Shown one piece after another: positions 9,607-18,240 of a stretch of 64,000 nucleotides of DNA. How positions within the stretch are numbered: position 1 is the stretch's first letter; the number at the start of each line of letters is the position of its first letter. The notes under the pieces were generated by a model. It saw only the letters and a program-made list of their open reading frames with translations, did no database searches and was not told the DNA's origin. The stretch is from an uncultured archaeon (lineage in GTDB: Archaea; Thermoproteota; Bathyarchaeia; Bathyarchaeales; Bathycorpusculaceae): positions 113,578 through 177,577 of the forward strand of contig CAWENF010000014.1 in assembly GCA_963810275.1 (NCBI GenBank), in the 5' to 3' direction. Position numbers and translations under genes: made by a program.

Positions 9607-11895
9607 CTATGGAGAGGTTATTCCGTGGTCTGCGTTGTATTGGTCCCAGTCGATTTCGTAGATTGCAATGATTGGAATCAACCCGCCGTAGGTAAGTGGT
9701 CCTACGTTTGTTCCTGCGAAGTAGGCTTCTTTAAAGTAGGTTGGCGCTGTAGCAAAGTATGAGGGCGTGAGGGTGTAAGTGCCTTGTGCGGTGATTCTGT
9801 TACAGTAGGTTACTTCAGCGAAACTCATGAGTTCCTCAACCGTGCAGTTTAGGCCGCGTTCGTTCCATTCCCATCGGTTTGTATTAGGATTCGACTCTCC
9901 AAACGAGCTTTCGTTAGTCCACATTTGAGATTCTGATATGAAGCCGTCTCTGACGAAGCGATCCTTATCTTGGCCTGAAATACGAGCCATCCAAACCCAC
10001 TTACCCTCGTCACCGAAACCATACGGGATGGTGATATACGAGTTTTCGCTGTCAGAGGCTTGACCACCAATACCCAACACCAAGAAGACAGCGATGTATT
10101 TAACACGGTCTTCCCCATATGTGGAGAGCATTTTCATTGTTTGATTCTCGTCGCTCATGAACATGAAACCGATATTGGCGATTTGGGTGCCGTTAACGGT
10201 GGTGTTATCCGCTAAGGTGGTTACGTTTCCGAGGTCGCTCAGCCAGTTACCATAGTCCCACCACATCACAGCAACATCCGTGGGTTGGGCGTTATCTTTG
10301 AACCAGTTGACGGCGTCAAGCCAAGCTTCCACTGGAGATTTAAGATTTTCGCCGCCGACTGGCAAGCTTGAGGCGCTAATGGCGGTTGGCGTATATGCAT
10401 TGCTTATCTGCCGGGGGATTCCGCCTGCCTGAGGCGAAAACGCAAAGTTTGAAATCAAGATTATGAACACGACAAGGATCGCTAAACCGCTATATTCCTT
10501 GCTTACGCGTATCATCTTACGTTTTGACTTAGCCATCGTCTTGGAGGATTCTTTGAGTAACTTGAAGAATGGAGTGAGTACACCCATTATGCCGATGCCT
10601 GCAATAATCGCGAATGCCGGTGCAAAGAGCACCAAGAGACGCACCATTGAGGTTGCGAAATATAACGATGTAGCTGCAAAAAGCAGCAGGAAAATGTTTC
10701 TGTTAGTTGGTTTGCGAAGCGTGAAGTACAAGCCGACTAGGAAGAACAGAATGCTTATACCCATTTCAAGGTAGAGGTTGCCCCAAGCGGAGATTCTCTG
10801 TTCAGCTACTGAGTCAACCAACGGTGAAGAAGCCCGGATGAAGGGGTTAAGTACTGTGATGAATTTGCCTGCGAGGGCTTCAAGGCTTCCTGTCGCCCAG
10901 AAAACTGCGAAACCAGCGATGACTACTACGGCTGCAATAACGACCATGGCCAACTTGTTCTTTATGGATATATTGTTTCTAAGTAACTCCGCCAGTATGA
11001 GGACGACAAACACTGCTGCAACAGGAAGAATTGCGCCTGAAGTTAAATATTCTAAACCTATGTAGGGCACTTTGGTGCCTATCATAAGCGCTAATCCAAA
11101 CGTGATGCTGTAGCTGATTAGCATCCGCGGAGTATACCGTTTAAGCAGAACCAAAACGAACACGAATAGAGCTGCTAAGCCAATCACATAGTAGGCAGCT
11201 CCCCAGCCAGCAATGAAGTATGCTAAAGATAAACCCGCGAAAAGCGAATACATCAATGATCCCCTAAGGGAGCGGCCGCCGTCCATTGACCTTAGGAAGA
11301 AGAATATGAACAGAACTAGCCCCAACACACCAGGGATTTCTGTGTCGAAGAAGCCAAGGGAGCTTCTCTGCAGAAAGCTTGGTGCAAGAGCAAGGAATAA
11401 AGCTGCAAGTAAACCGACTGCGCGTCCACCTAAGTCTTTACCTATGAGATATAGGACAAAGCAGGCTACAACTGCGATGGCAGCTGGCAAAAGTGCACAG
11501 AAAGTCATCAAATCCATATGACCAAAAACTGAAGCGATGCTGTACAATACAGCGGCTGTCATGGGGAGGGCCGGCAGCGAATTGGACATATCTAGCCCGT
11601 TGGGGAACCACTTCATGGTGTCAATCCAAGCAGTCGGGTAATAGGGTGAAAGCAGCCCGTTCTGCAGCATATGTTGGGTGATGCTGAACTGGTAGTAGGG
11701 GTCAAACTCGTTTAGGTAGGAGGTTCCAGCTGCGAGATTTTCCCACCGGAGCGGCAAAATTCGAACTGTGAATGCGACAAAGAGAATTAAAACCAAAGCA
11801 GTATAAGCGATGATTGTACCGTGACTTACCTGTATTCCTAGCCTGTCGAAAACAGATGAGCTTTTGCCAAGCCGTTCTTTTAGTGTTTCCCCCAT
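9607..11895 (-). CDS. aglB: oligosaccharyltransferase AglB (STT3 family)
   Basis: 'EFDPYY', 'GFFDTE', 'SVAEQ', 'WWDYG', 'DNTT.N', 'DEGKWVWM' motifs; many TM helices. Confidence 0.95.
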   Translation of the reverse strand: MGETLKERLGKSSSVFDRLGIQVSHGTIIAYTALVLILFVAFTVRILPLRWENLAAGTSYLNEFDPYYQFSITQHMLQNGLLSPYYPTAWIDTMKWFPNGLDMSNSLPALPMTAAVLYSIASVFGHMDLMTFCALLPAAIAVVACFVLYLIGKDLGGRAVGLLAALFLALAPSFLQRSSLGFFDTEIPGVLGLVLFIFFFLRSMDGGRSLRGSLMYSLFAGLSLAYFIAGWGAAYYVIGLAALFVFVLVLLKRYTPRMLISYSITFGLALMIGTKVPYIGLEYLTSGAILPVAAVFVVLILAELLRNNISIKNKLAMVVIAAVVVIAGFAVFWATGSLEALAGKFITVLNPFIRASSPLVDSVAEQRISAWGNLYLEMGISILFFLVGLYFTLRKPTNRNIFLLLFAATSLYFATSMVRLLVLFAPAFAIIAGIGIMGVLTPFFKLLKESSKTMAKSKRKMIRVSKEYSGLAILVVFIILISNFAFSPQAGGIPRQISNAYTPTAISASSLPVGGENLKSPVEAWLDAVNWFKDNAQPTDVAVMWWDYGNWLSDLGNVTTLADNTTVNGTQIANIGFMFMSDENQTMKMLSTYGEDRVKYIAVFLVLGIGGQASDSENSYITIPYGFGDEGKWVWMARISGQDKDRFVRDGFISESQMWTNESSFGESNPNTNRWEWNERGLNCTVEELMSFAEVTYCNRITAQGTYTLTPSYFATAPTYFKEAYFAGTNVGPLTYGGLIPIIAIYEIDWDQYNADHGITSP

Positions 11896-12099
11896 TTCTT
11901 AAGCCATCTCTATGTAATGTGCGAATTGTACTATTTTACACATTGCAGATTTATTTATGGCTTTCCAACCCATCATGGAGATGACTCAACCTTCTTAGAA
12001 GATTAATTAACAGGTTTAAACCACACAAACATCAAATCAGAGATTATACCAGGAAAAAGCAGCTGCCCGCAAATTTAAATTAACCTAAACAAAAAGGAA

Positions 12100-12273
12100 T
12101 TAACGTCGTTTATTCACAGGCTTAACGTCAACATTCAGGGGCAACAAAGACAACTTGCGACCGCACTTGGGACATTTCCCGTTGTGTTGCTGAATAATCT
12201 CGTCAGGCGGTTTAAGCTCAGCCCCTTCATACAAAATATGGCTACACCCATGACAGACTACTTTTTGCGGCAT
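12100..12273 (-). CDS. 57-aa zinc-ribbon protein, not in ORF track
   Basis: Manual translation MPQKVVCHGCSHILYEGAELKPPDEIIQQHNGKCPKCGRKLSLLPLNVDVKPVNKRR*; two CxxC; GGAGGT SD-like motif upstream. Confidence 0.8.
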   Translation of the reverse strand: MPQKVVCHGCSHILYEGAELKPPDEIIQQHNGKCPKCGRKLSLLPLNVDVKPVNKRR

Positions 12274-12406
12274 ACCCCATTACCTCCCTACATAGGAAGA
12301 TATGGAATATTTAATGGTTGCTAAAACAGGCAGCGAAACCAACGGGTTTTGGCGCTAAAACCTTTTTAATTTCCCAAACCCCTGAGTGTGGCTGTGGAGC
12401 AAACCG

Positions 12407-14480
12407 TTGAGCAAATATACTTTATTAATCACCGAAAAACCCGACGCAGCCGCCCGAATCGCTGCAGCACTTGACCAAAAAGGCAAACCGGAACGGAATC
12501 AGAAAAACGGTGTCCCTTACTTCCGAGTCTGGCGAAACGGCGAAATCGTGGTTGTTCCAGCAATTGGACACCTCTACACGATCAAAAGCATCAAAAAATC
12601 CAGCAGCTTCCCAGTTTTCGATTACAAATGGGTACCTAGATGGCAGGCAGAAAAGAAGGCAAGCAGAATCCGCACGTGGCTAAAAGTTATCTCGGATTTG
12701 GCAATGGATGCGGAGAGGTTTGTGGACGGCTGCGACTTCGACACAGAAGGCAGCATCATAGGCTACACCATACTCAAGTATGCCTGCAGCGAAAAACAAA
12801 CCGTGGCTAAGCGTATGAAGTACTCCACTCTCACCACGGAGGAACTGCAGCAAGCCTACGCCAACCTTATGCCGCACCTGGACTTCGCAATTATTCAATC
12901 GGGTCTGACACGGCACGAAATCGACTGGCTTTACGGGATAAACCTGTCGCGGGCGCTTACGCAGGCGGCTAAGAAAGCCAGCGGCAGCTACTCTACACTC
13001 AGCACGGGCAGGGTGCAGGGTCCCACATTACGGTTTTTGGAGGAACGCGAAAAAGAAATCTGCACATTCGTACCAGCGCCCTACTGGAAGCTAAAAGCCA
13101 AAATCACGTTGGGCGACAGAGATTTCGACGCAGAGCACACTGGGACACTGCAGATTAAAGCTGAAGCCGAAGAGTTCAAACGGCAGTGCAAGATTAAAAC
13201 GGGTAAAATCCAAATTGTAAAGGTCTCGGAAACGGACGTGTTGCCGCCTGTACCGTTTGATTTAGGGGCGCTGCAAAGCGAAGCATACAAACTCTTCCGG
13301 ATTAACCCTGTGAAAACCAGCAGTATCCTTCAGCGCCTCTACATCAACGCAGTTATCTCTTATCCCCGTACAAGCAGTCAGAAGCTGCCAGCAAGCATCG
13401 GATACAAACAGATTCTAAAAAAACTCACCTCAGACCTATCCTACAACAGAAACGCAACTGAATTACTTGCAAAACGCGATTTAAAACCAAACGAGGGCAA
13501 AAAATTCGACCCGGCCCACCCAGCCATCTACCCCACAGGTAACTTGCCGCAGAAACCCCTAGATGAATTGAGTAAAAAAGTATTTGATCTTGTTGTCAAA
13601 CGTTTCATGGCTGTATTCGCTGACCCAGCGGTGAGGCAAAACATTGAAGTCATAGTGGATCGTGAACGGTGTGCCTTTCCGTTTCGGGTTAGCGCGCACT
13701 CTCAGGGAGGGCTGGTACAGGTTTTATCAGCCGTACGTGCAGGTTAAAGACGACAAACTTCCCACCTTAATCGAAGGCACCACTGTGGATGTGAAGCGGG
13801 TGACTCTTAAGGAGCATTTTACGCAGCCTCCGCCCCGCTATAACCCTCGCAGTCTTCTTCAGAAAATGGAGAAAGAAGAAATCGGAACAAAAGCTACACG
13901 CGCCGCCATAATCCAGACGCTTCATGATCGCAAGTATCTCACTGGAAGCGACAGTTTCTGTGTAAGCGGATTGGGGCTTGAAGTCACTGAGGTTTTAGAG
14001 AAAATTTGTCTTGAAGTGATTAGTTCAGATATGACGCGGGAACTGGAGCAAAAGATGGATGCCATACAGTCGGGAAGCGAAACTAAAGACGCCGTGCTTA
14101 AGAATGCTGTAGAGACGTTGCAGCACGTTCTGGCTGAGCTTAAGGACAAAGAAGATGTGGTTGGAGCCCAGTTGTCCGAGGCGGTTGTACGGGCGAGGCA
14201 AATGGAGCGCTCGGTCGGCAAATGCCCCACATGTAAAGACGGAGAGCTAATGCTTATTCATTCTAAAAAGACCGGGAAACGTTTTGTTGGATGCAACAAC
14301 TACTTCAACAGTAAATGCAGCACCGCGTATCCGTTGCCACAGACAGGTACAATCAAGCCTTTGGCGGCCCAATGTAAAAGCTGCGGCGCTCCCGTGGTTT
14401 CGGTTTATTATGCAGCTCGAAAGCCATGGCGCCTGTGTTTAAACCCGAAGTGTCCAACCAAGGAGACAAACAAGCCTTGA
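12407..14480 (+). CDS. topA: type IA DNA topoisomerase with C-terminal Zn ribbons, frameshifted near 13660
   Basis: TOPRIM 'ITEKP', 'DFDTEG', 'STGRVQGPTL', catalytic 'ISYPRT'; second ORF 13662..14480 has 'IGTKATRA' and C4 zinc ribbons. Confidence 0.92.
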
Positions 14481-14704
14481 AGTGCAAAGTCTGCCAAAGA
14501 GGCGCACAAGAAAAAGATTACTGCGAGCTGCATCTTAGAGCTTAGGAGTCTATATTGGATAGGTTTAAAGTTTGGCAACGGGCAATTGGGTTGCCATGGA
14601 TGCAGTATATAGAGGAGATTCAGAAAAATTCATTAACTGGAGAATGGGCTAAAGAAGTAGCAAAGCAACTAATTAGAGAAGAGAGCAAAGATGTCCAAAG
14701 TTAG
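14477..14704 (+). CDS. small C-x2-C-x9-C-x2-H protein with an in-frame TAG at 14543, not in ORF track
   Basis: MKCKVCQRGAQEKDYCELHLRA*ESILDRFKVWQRAIGLPWMQYIEEIQKNSLTGEWAKEVAKQLIREESKDVQS*; start overlaps topA stop and end overlaps next start. Confidence 0.65.
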
Positions 14705-15113
14705 AAAAACCTCTGAGAACGTTTCGTTTTCTCTTAGTCGATGGTTCCGCAAAATGTACAGCAATGCTCCGACAACGTTCATAGTTACTACAGTGGGAAT
14801 TTGCTACGCGATTTTTCTCTTCGGTGGCGGATTGTACGCTCTTATTACCCAGCCTGCTCCAGCGTTGTCTTTGCAGAGCGGACGTATCCTGTTTCTTTAT
14901 CCAGACATAAGCAGCCAACTGGGAGGAGACACATTTGTTTCAATAATCCTGTATTCACTTGGCTTCTTTGGAGTCTTATCAATTTACCAAAGCACAAAAA
15001 GCGCAGCTAAACCCAAACAGGCATATATGCTGCTTATTGCAGGTATTGCGTTGCTGGCACTTTCATACATTTTCCTTGAAAGTGCGGTTTACTTTAAGCT
15101 CAACCCGAGCTAA
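14691..15113 (+). CDS. OST3/OST6-family (OSTC/DC2-like) three-TM membrane protein
   Basis: 'FLFGGGLYALITQP', 'FLYPDISSQLGGDTFVSIILYSLGFFG', 'LLIAGIALLALSY..KL' mirror the DC2/OSTC and OST3/6 C-terminal pattern (by eye). Confidence 0.7.
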   Translation: MSKVRKTSENVSFSLSRWFRKMYSNAPTTFIVTTVGICYAIFLFGGGLYALITQPAPALSLQSGRILFLYPDISSQLGGDTFVSIILYSLGFFGVLSIYQSTKSAAKPKQAYMLLIAGIALLALSYIFLESAVYFKLNPS

Positions 15114-15218
15114 ACCAATTTCTTTCTTTCGTACAGATATTTTGAGTTTTTATATAAAGCCACAAATGTAGTTTTAAAGTAAATTTTAAAGTAAACAGAA
15201 TAAAGAAGAAAATTTTGA

Positions 15219-15737
15219 TTACCACGGGTGTTTCTTTAACTTCAACTTGTACGCGAAGTAATTAGTCAATAAATGAATAGGTGGCGTAAGCATTAGCACC
15301 GTCACAATCACAGGCCAAGTTAAACCAACCCAGTTAATCAAAGCAAGCGGCAACGCAAACACCACTGCACCTACCACAAAGTCAATTTGGTCCACTACAG
15401 GCAGCAAACCACCTGGTGCGATGCTGAGCCGCCGTTTAATGAACGCGCCCGTCAAATCACCTAATAACGCACCCAGCGGGATAAGCACAGCAAACATAAC
15501 AGGGTAGCTGTCGAAACCGAACACGAAGCCTTCCAGCAACCCCACAAAAAGGCCAACCGCCCAACCGAAAAAAAAGCCCCGCCAAGTCTTGTTATTGCCA
15601 AAAATCCGTTTGCCGTCTATGAAGTTTCTGCCAAAATCCATTTTTTCGCCGCCACCTACCAAAACGGGAGTACCGTTGGCACAGTACGCAGGGAAAATGA
15701 ATTTTAGAGCTTCAACCAGTAAGAGGACGATATCCAT
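15219..15737 (-). CDS. carS: CDP-archaeol synthase
   Basis: 'PAYCANGTPV', 'DGKRIFGNNKTWRG', 'GDLTGAFIKRR', 'DQIDF', 'LKLKKHPW'. Confidence 0.93.
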   Translation of the reverse strand: MDIVLLLVEALKFIFPAYCANGTPVLVGGGEKMDFGRNFIDGKRIFGNNKTWRGFFFGWAVGLFVGLLEGFVFGFDSYPVMFAVLIPLGALLGDLTGAFIKRRLSIAPGGLLPVVDQIDFVVGAVVFALPLALINWVGLTWPVIVTVLMLTPPIHLLTNYFAYKLKLKKHPW

Positions 15738-15755
15738 TGCTTTTTCAACCGTAAT

Positions 15756-16445
15756 TTAGCGGCTTTGTGTATCTCTTATTCCGCCTACCCCTATTTGTAT
15801 GTAGCACAATGCTGGAATTGTATTTTGGGGAGCTTTCTCTATTATGGCTGTGATAGTCTGGGGTTGGTATGCGGGTTTGAGGAAGAGGATTGTGTCCGCC
15901 CAGAATTTTAGCACTCGGGTGGCTACGGGGCGCACGCTTTCCGTTGGTTCTGTTATGACGCTTCTGACTTGGCTTGTCATTAGTAGGGGGATTTTTTTTG
16001 TTTTCACTACCTGCGCCAAAATCGCCAAATGCCTGTTAAGCTCGCGATTGATGCTAAACGCTTTGGGGAATTCAGCTGCTTTGGCGCTATAGAGTGAGGT
16101 GAAGGTGTCTACGACTATTAGGCCGACGTTTACGGCGTAGTCGCCTATTTGCTCGATTAGGGCTGTTTGCTCACGGAAGTCTTTGGGTTTCACCAAAACG
16201 ATGCGTTCTGCCACTTCATCGAAATATTCACCTGCTAATTGTGAAAGCCGTTTGGTTGAGAAGGTGTTGTCACAGTCCACGTAGAGCACTTTTTGTTTCA
16301 GCATGGCGCAGGCGACCGCGCATTGGAGGGCAAAGGTGGATTTGCCTGTTTCGGGCTCACCGTAGACGAGCATGATTGTTTCTGGGTTTATGCCTCCGCC
16401 GATGGCTTCGTCGATGCATTTACAGCAAGTGGAGATTTGTGGCAT
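15756..16445 (-). CDS. radB: RadB-like RecA-family ATPase
   Basis: Short RecA core, Walker A 'GEPETGKS', Walker B 'IVVD', 'TSQVRS'. Confidence 0.75.
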   Translation of the reverse strand: MPQISTCCKCIDEAIGGGINPETIMLVYGEPETGKSTFALQCAVACAMLKQKVLYVDCDNTFSTKRLSQLAGEYFDEVAERIVLVKPKDFREQTALIEQIGDYAVNVGLIVVDTFTSLYSAKAAEFPKAFSINRELNRHLAILAQVVKTKKIPLLMTSQVRSVITEPTESVRPVATRVLKFWADTILFLKPAYQPQTITAIIEKAPQNTIPALCYIQIGVGGIRDTQSR

Positions 16446-16520
16446 ATAATCACTTAAGCATTATATTAGGGTAGATAGATAATTTGTTTTGCACTTAAAC
16501 CTGATCCTTAAGGGTGATTT

Positions 16521-17186
16521 ATGAAGGAAAATGTCGCTGTTGCTACGATACAGGGAAAGGCTTACTTTTTGTTAGTTAGCGCCCTCAAAGATGAAGGCAT
16601 CAGCTTTATCAGCCTAATTCCCGGCGAAGCCATCCCCGCCAGAGTAAAAGTCGTCTTAACCACCCCCGAGGAGAAAGCCAAAGTTGACTATAATAAAATC
16701 CTGGTTTTAGAATGTGATCAAGAGGTAGATTCACTTGTTGTTGAAGTGAAAAAGGTGCTTTTAGACAAAGAAGCTTGCGAACGCATAGTTGTCGGCATCG
16801 ACCCTGGTCAAGCCATAGGGTTAGCGGTTATTGCAGACGGCAAAGTCATCGAGGAAGCAACCTGTCGAAGCAGTAGAGAAGTCACAAACACCATTCTTAA
16901 AGTGCTTAAAACCGTAGATTTTTCAGCTACCAATGTATCAGTCAAGGTGGGAAATGGTGTTCCAGTTTACCGAGAGTTAACTCGGGACCTCGACGACGCC
17001 ATGCCCCCAGAAGTGTATCTCGAAGTAGTTGGAGAAGCAGGAACCAACCGCCCACAAAAGGTGCACAGCCGAAAAGTTAGGCATATATCTTCCGCAATAC
17101 GTATAGCTGGAAGAACCGGACAAATAGTGAAACGGAGAGGGAAAAATGCAGCAGAAAGTACAGATGAACAGGACTATGCTTATTGA
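16521..17186 (+). CDS. hypothetical protein with RNase H-like (YqgF/RuvC-like) C-terminal domain
   Basis: 'IVVGIDPGQAIGLAVI', 'VGNG', 'VVGEAGT', 'HISSAIRIA'. Confidence 0.65.
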   Translation: MKENVAVATIQGKAYFLLVSALKDEGISFISLIPGEAIPARVKVVLTTPEEKAKVDYNKILVLECDQEVDSLVVEVKKVLLDKEACERIVVGIDPGQAIGLAVIADGKVIEEATCRSSREVTNTILKVLKTVDFSATNVSVKVGNGVPVYRELTRDLDDAMPPEVYLEVVGEAGTNRPQKVHSRKVRHISSAIRIAGRTGQIVKRRGKNAAESTDEQDYAY

Positions 17187-18240
17187 TGGTCCAGCTTCGG
17201 TGGAGCTTGTTAGTGGTAAAGCCGAAGTTTTCGCGTCCCCCCTCCAACGAGCCGAACGTGTTCTGGTTCGAGATGGCAAACGTATGCCCTTCTATGTATC
17301 TGAAAACGCAGAGTTCAACGTTTTTCTAGGAGCAAACGCAGCCATAGCCGAAGTCGAAGGAAATAGCGTACCCGAGTCTTGGTGCAAACCAGTGCAAACC
17401 GCCCTTGAACTGCAAAAGAAACCCGTCGTCATCATAGTTTTGGGCGCGGTGGATTCGGGAAAAAGCAGCTTCATCACTTACCTGCTAAACAGGTTTGTAG
17501 CCCATCAGCGCAGAGTGGCAGTGTTAGATGGTGACTTGGGACAATCCGACATTGGACCCGCAGCCAGCGTCGGCTTAGGCTTAGCCACAAAACCCGTCTC
17601 CGACATCCGCAACCTGAAAATGCGAAACGGTTTCTTCGTCGGCGTCACCTCCCCCTCGCTGGCCGCTAAAAAAGCGGTGAAAGGTTTAGCCTCCATGAAA
17701 AACGAAGCGGAAAACCGCGAATCAGACTATATACTAGTCAACACTGACGGGTACGTAGCAGGAGCTGACGCAGTCAGCTACAAGCTGGAAATAATCAAGG
17801 AACTTAAGCCCGACATCGTTGTCGCCGTGCAAGTTCAAACTGAGTTGGAGCCCATCTTGAGTTGTTTGGGAGGCGGAGGCGTTATGACCGTGGAGCCCTC
17901 ACCAGCAGCATGCATAAGGTCGCCTGAGAAACGCAGAACCATCCGAGAAAGAAACTACGCTAAACATATCAAAAACGGCAAACTCCACTGCATCCCCATC
18001 AGCCAAGTAACCCTTGAACCTCGCAACGGGGTCCCCAAAACCATGGCAGCCCAAAAAGGCATCTTAATGGGGTTATACGGGGCAGGTAACAAGTTTTTAG
18101 GTATAGGCGTCCTTCGCGCAGTAAACGTGACCAGACGTACCCTAAAAATTCAAACCTCAGTCGGCACCAAACCGATGCGGCTGGTATTTGGCAAGGTGCT
18201 GCTTAACACAAAACTTCAAGAAGTCGAAGCACAGACTTGA
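17146..18240 (+). CDS. Clp1/Grc3/Nol9-family polynucleotide 5'-hydroxyl kinase
   Basis: 'GAVDSGKS', 'DGDLGQSDIGP', 'VNTDGY', lid 'RSPEKRRTIRE'. Confidence 0.88.
   Translation: MQQKVQMNRTMLIDGPASVELVSGKAEVFASPLQRAERVLVRDGKRMPFYVSENAEFNVFLGANAAIAEVEGNSVPESWCKPVQTALELQKKPVVIIVLGAVDSGKSSFITYLLNRFVAHQRRVAVLDGDLGQSDIGPAASVGLGLATKPVSDIRNLKMRNGFFVGVTSPSLAAKKAVKGLASMKNEAENRESDYILVNTDGYVAGADAVSYKLEIIKELKPDIVVAVQVQTELEPILSCLGGGGVMTVEPSPAACIRSPEKRRTIRERNYAKHIKNGKLHCIPISQVTLEPRNGVPKTMAAQKGILMGLYGAGNKFLGIGVLRAVNVTRRTLKIQTSVGTKPMRLVFGKVLLNTKLQEVEAQT

Noticed and set aside
13640-13750. Naturally split or programmed-frameshift topA
   Set aside because: No slippery sequence evident and many similar indels occur across the window
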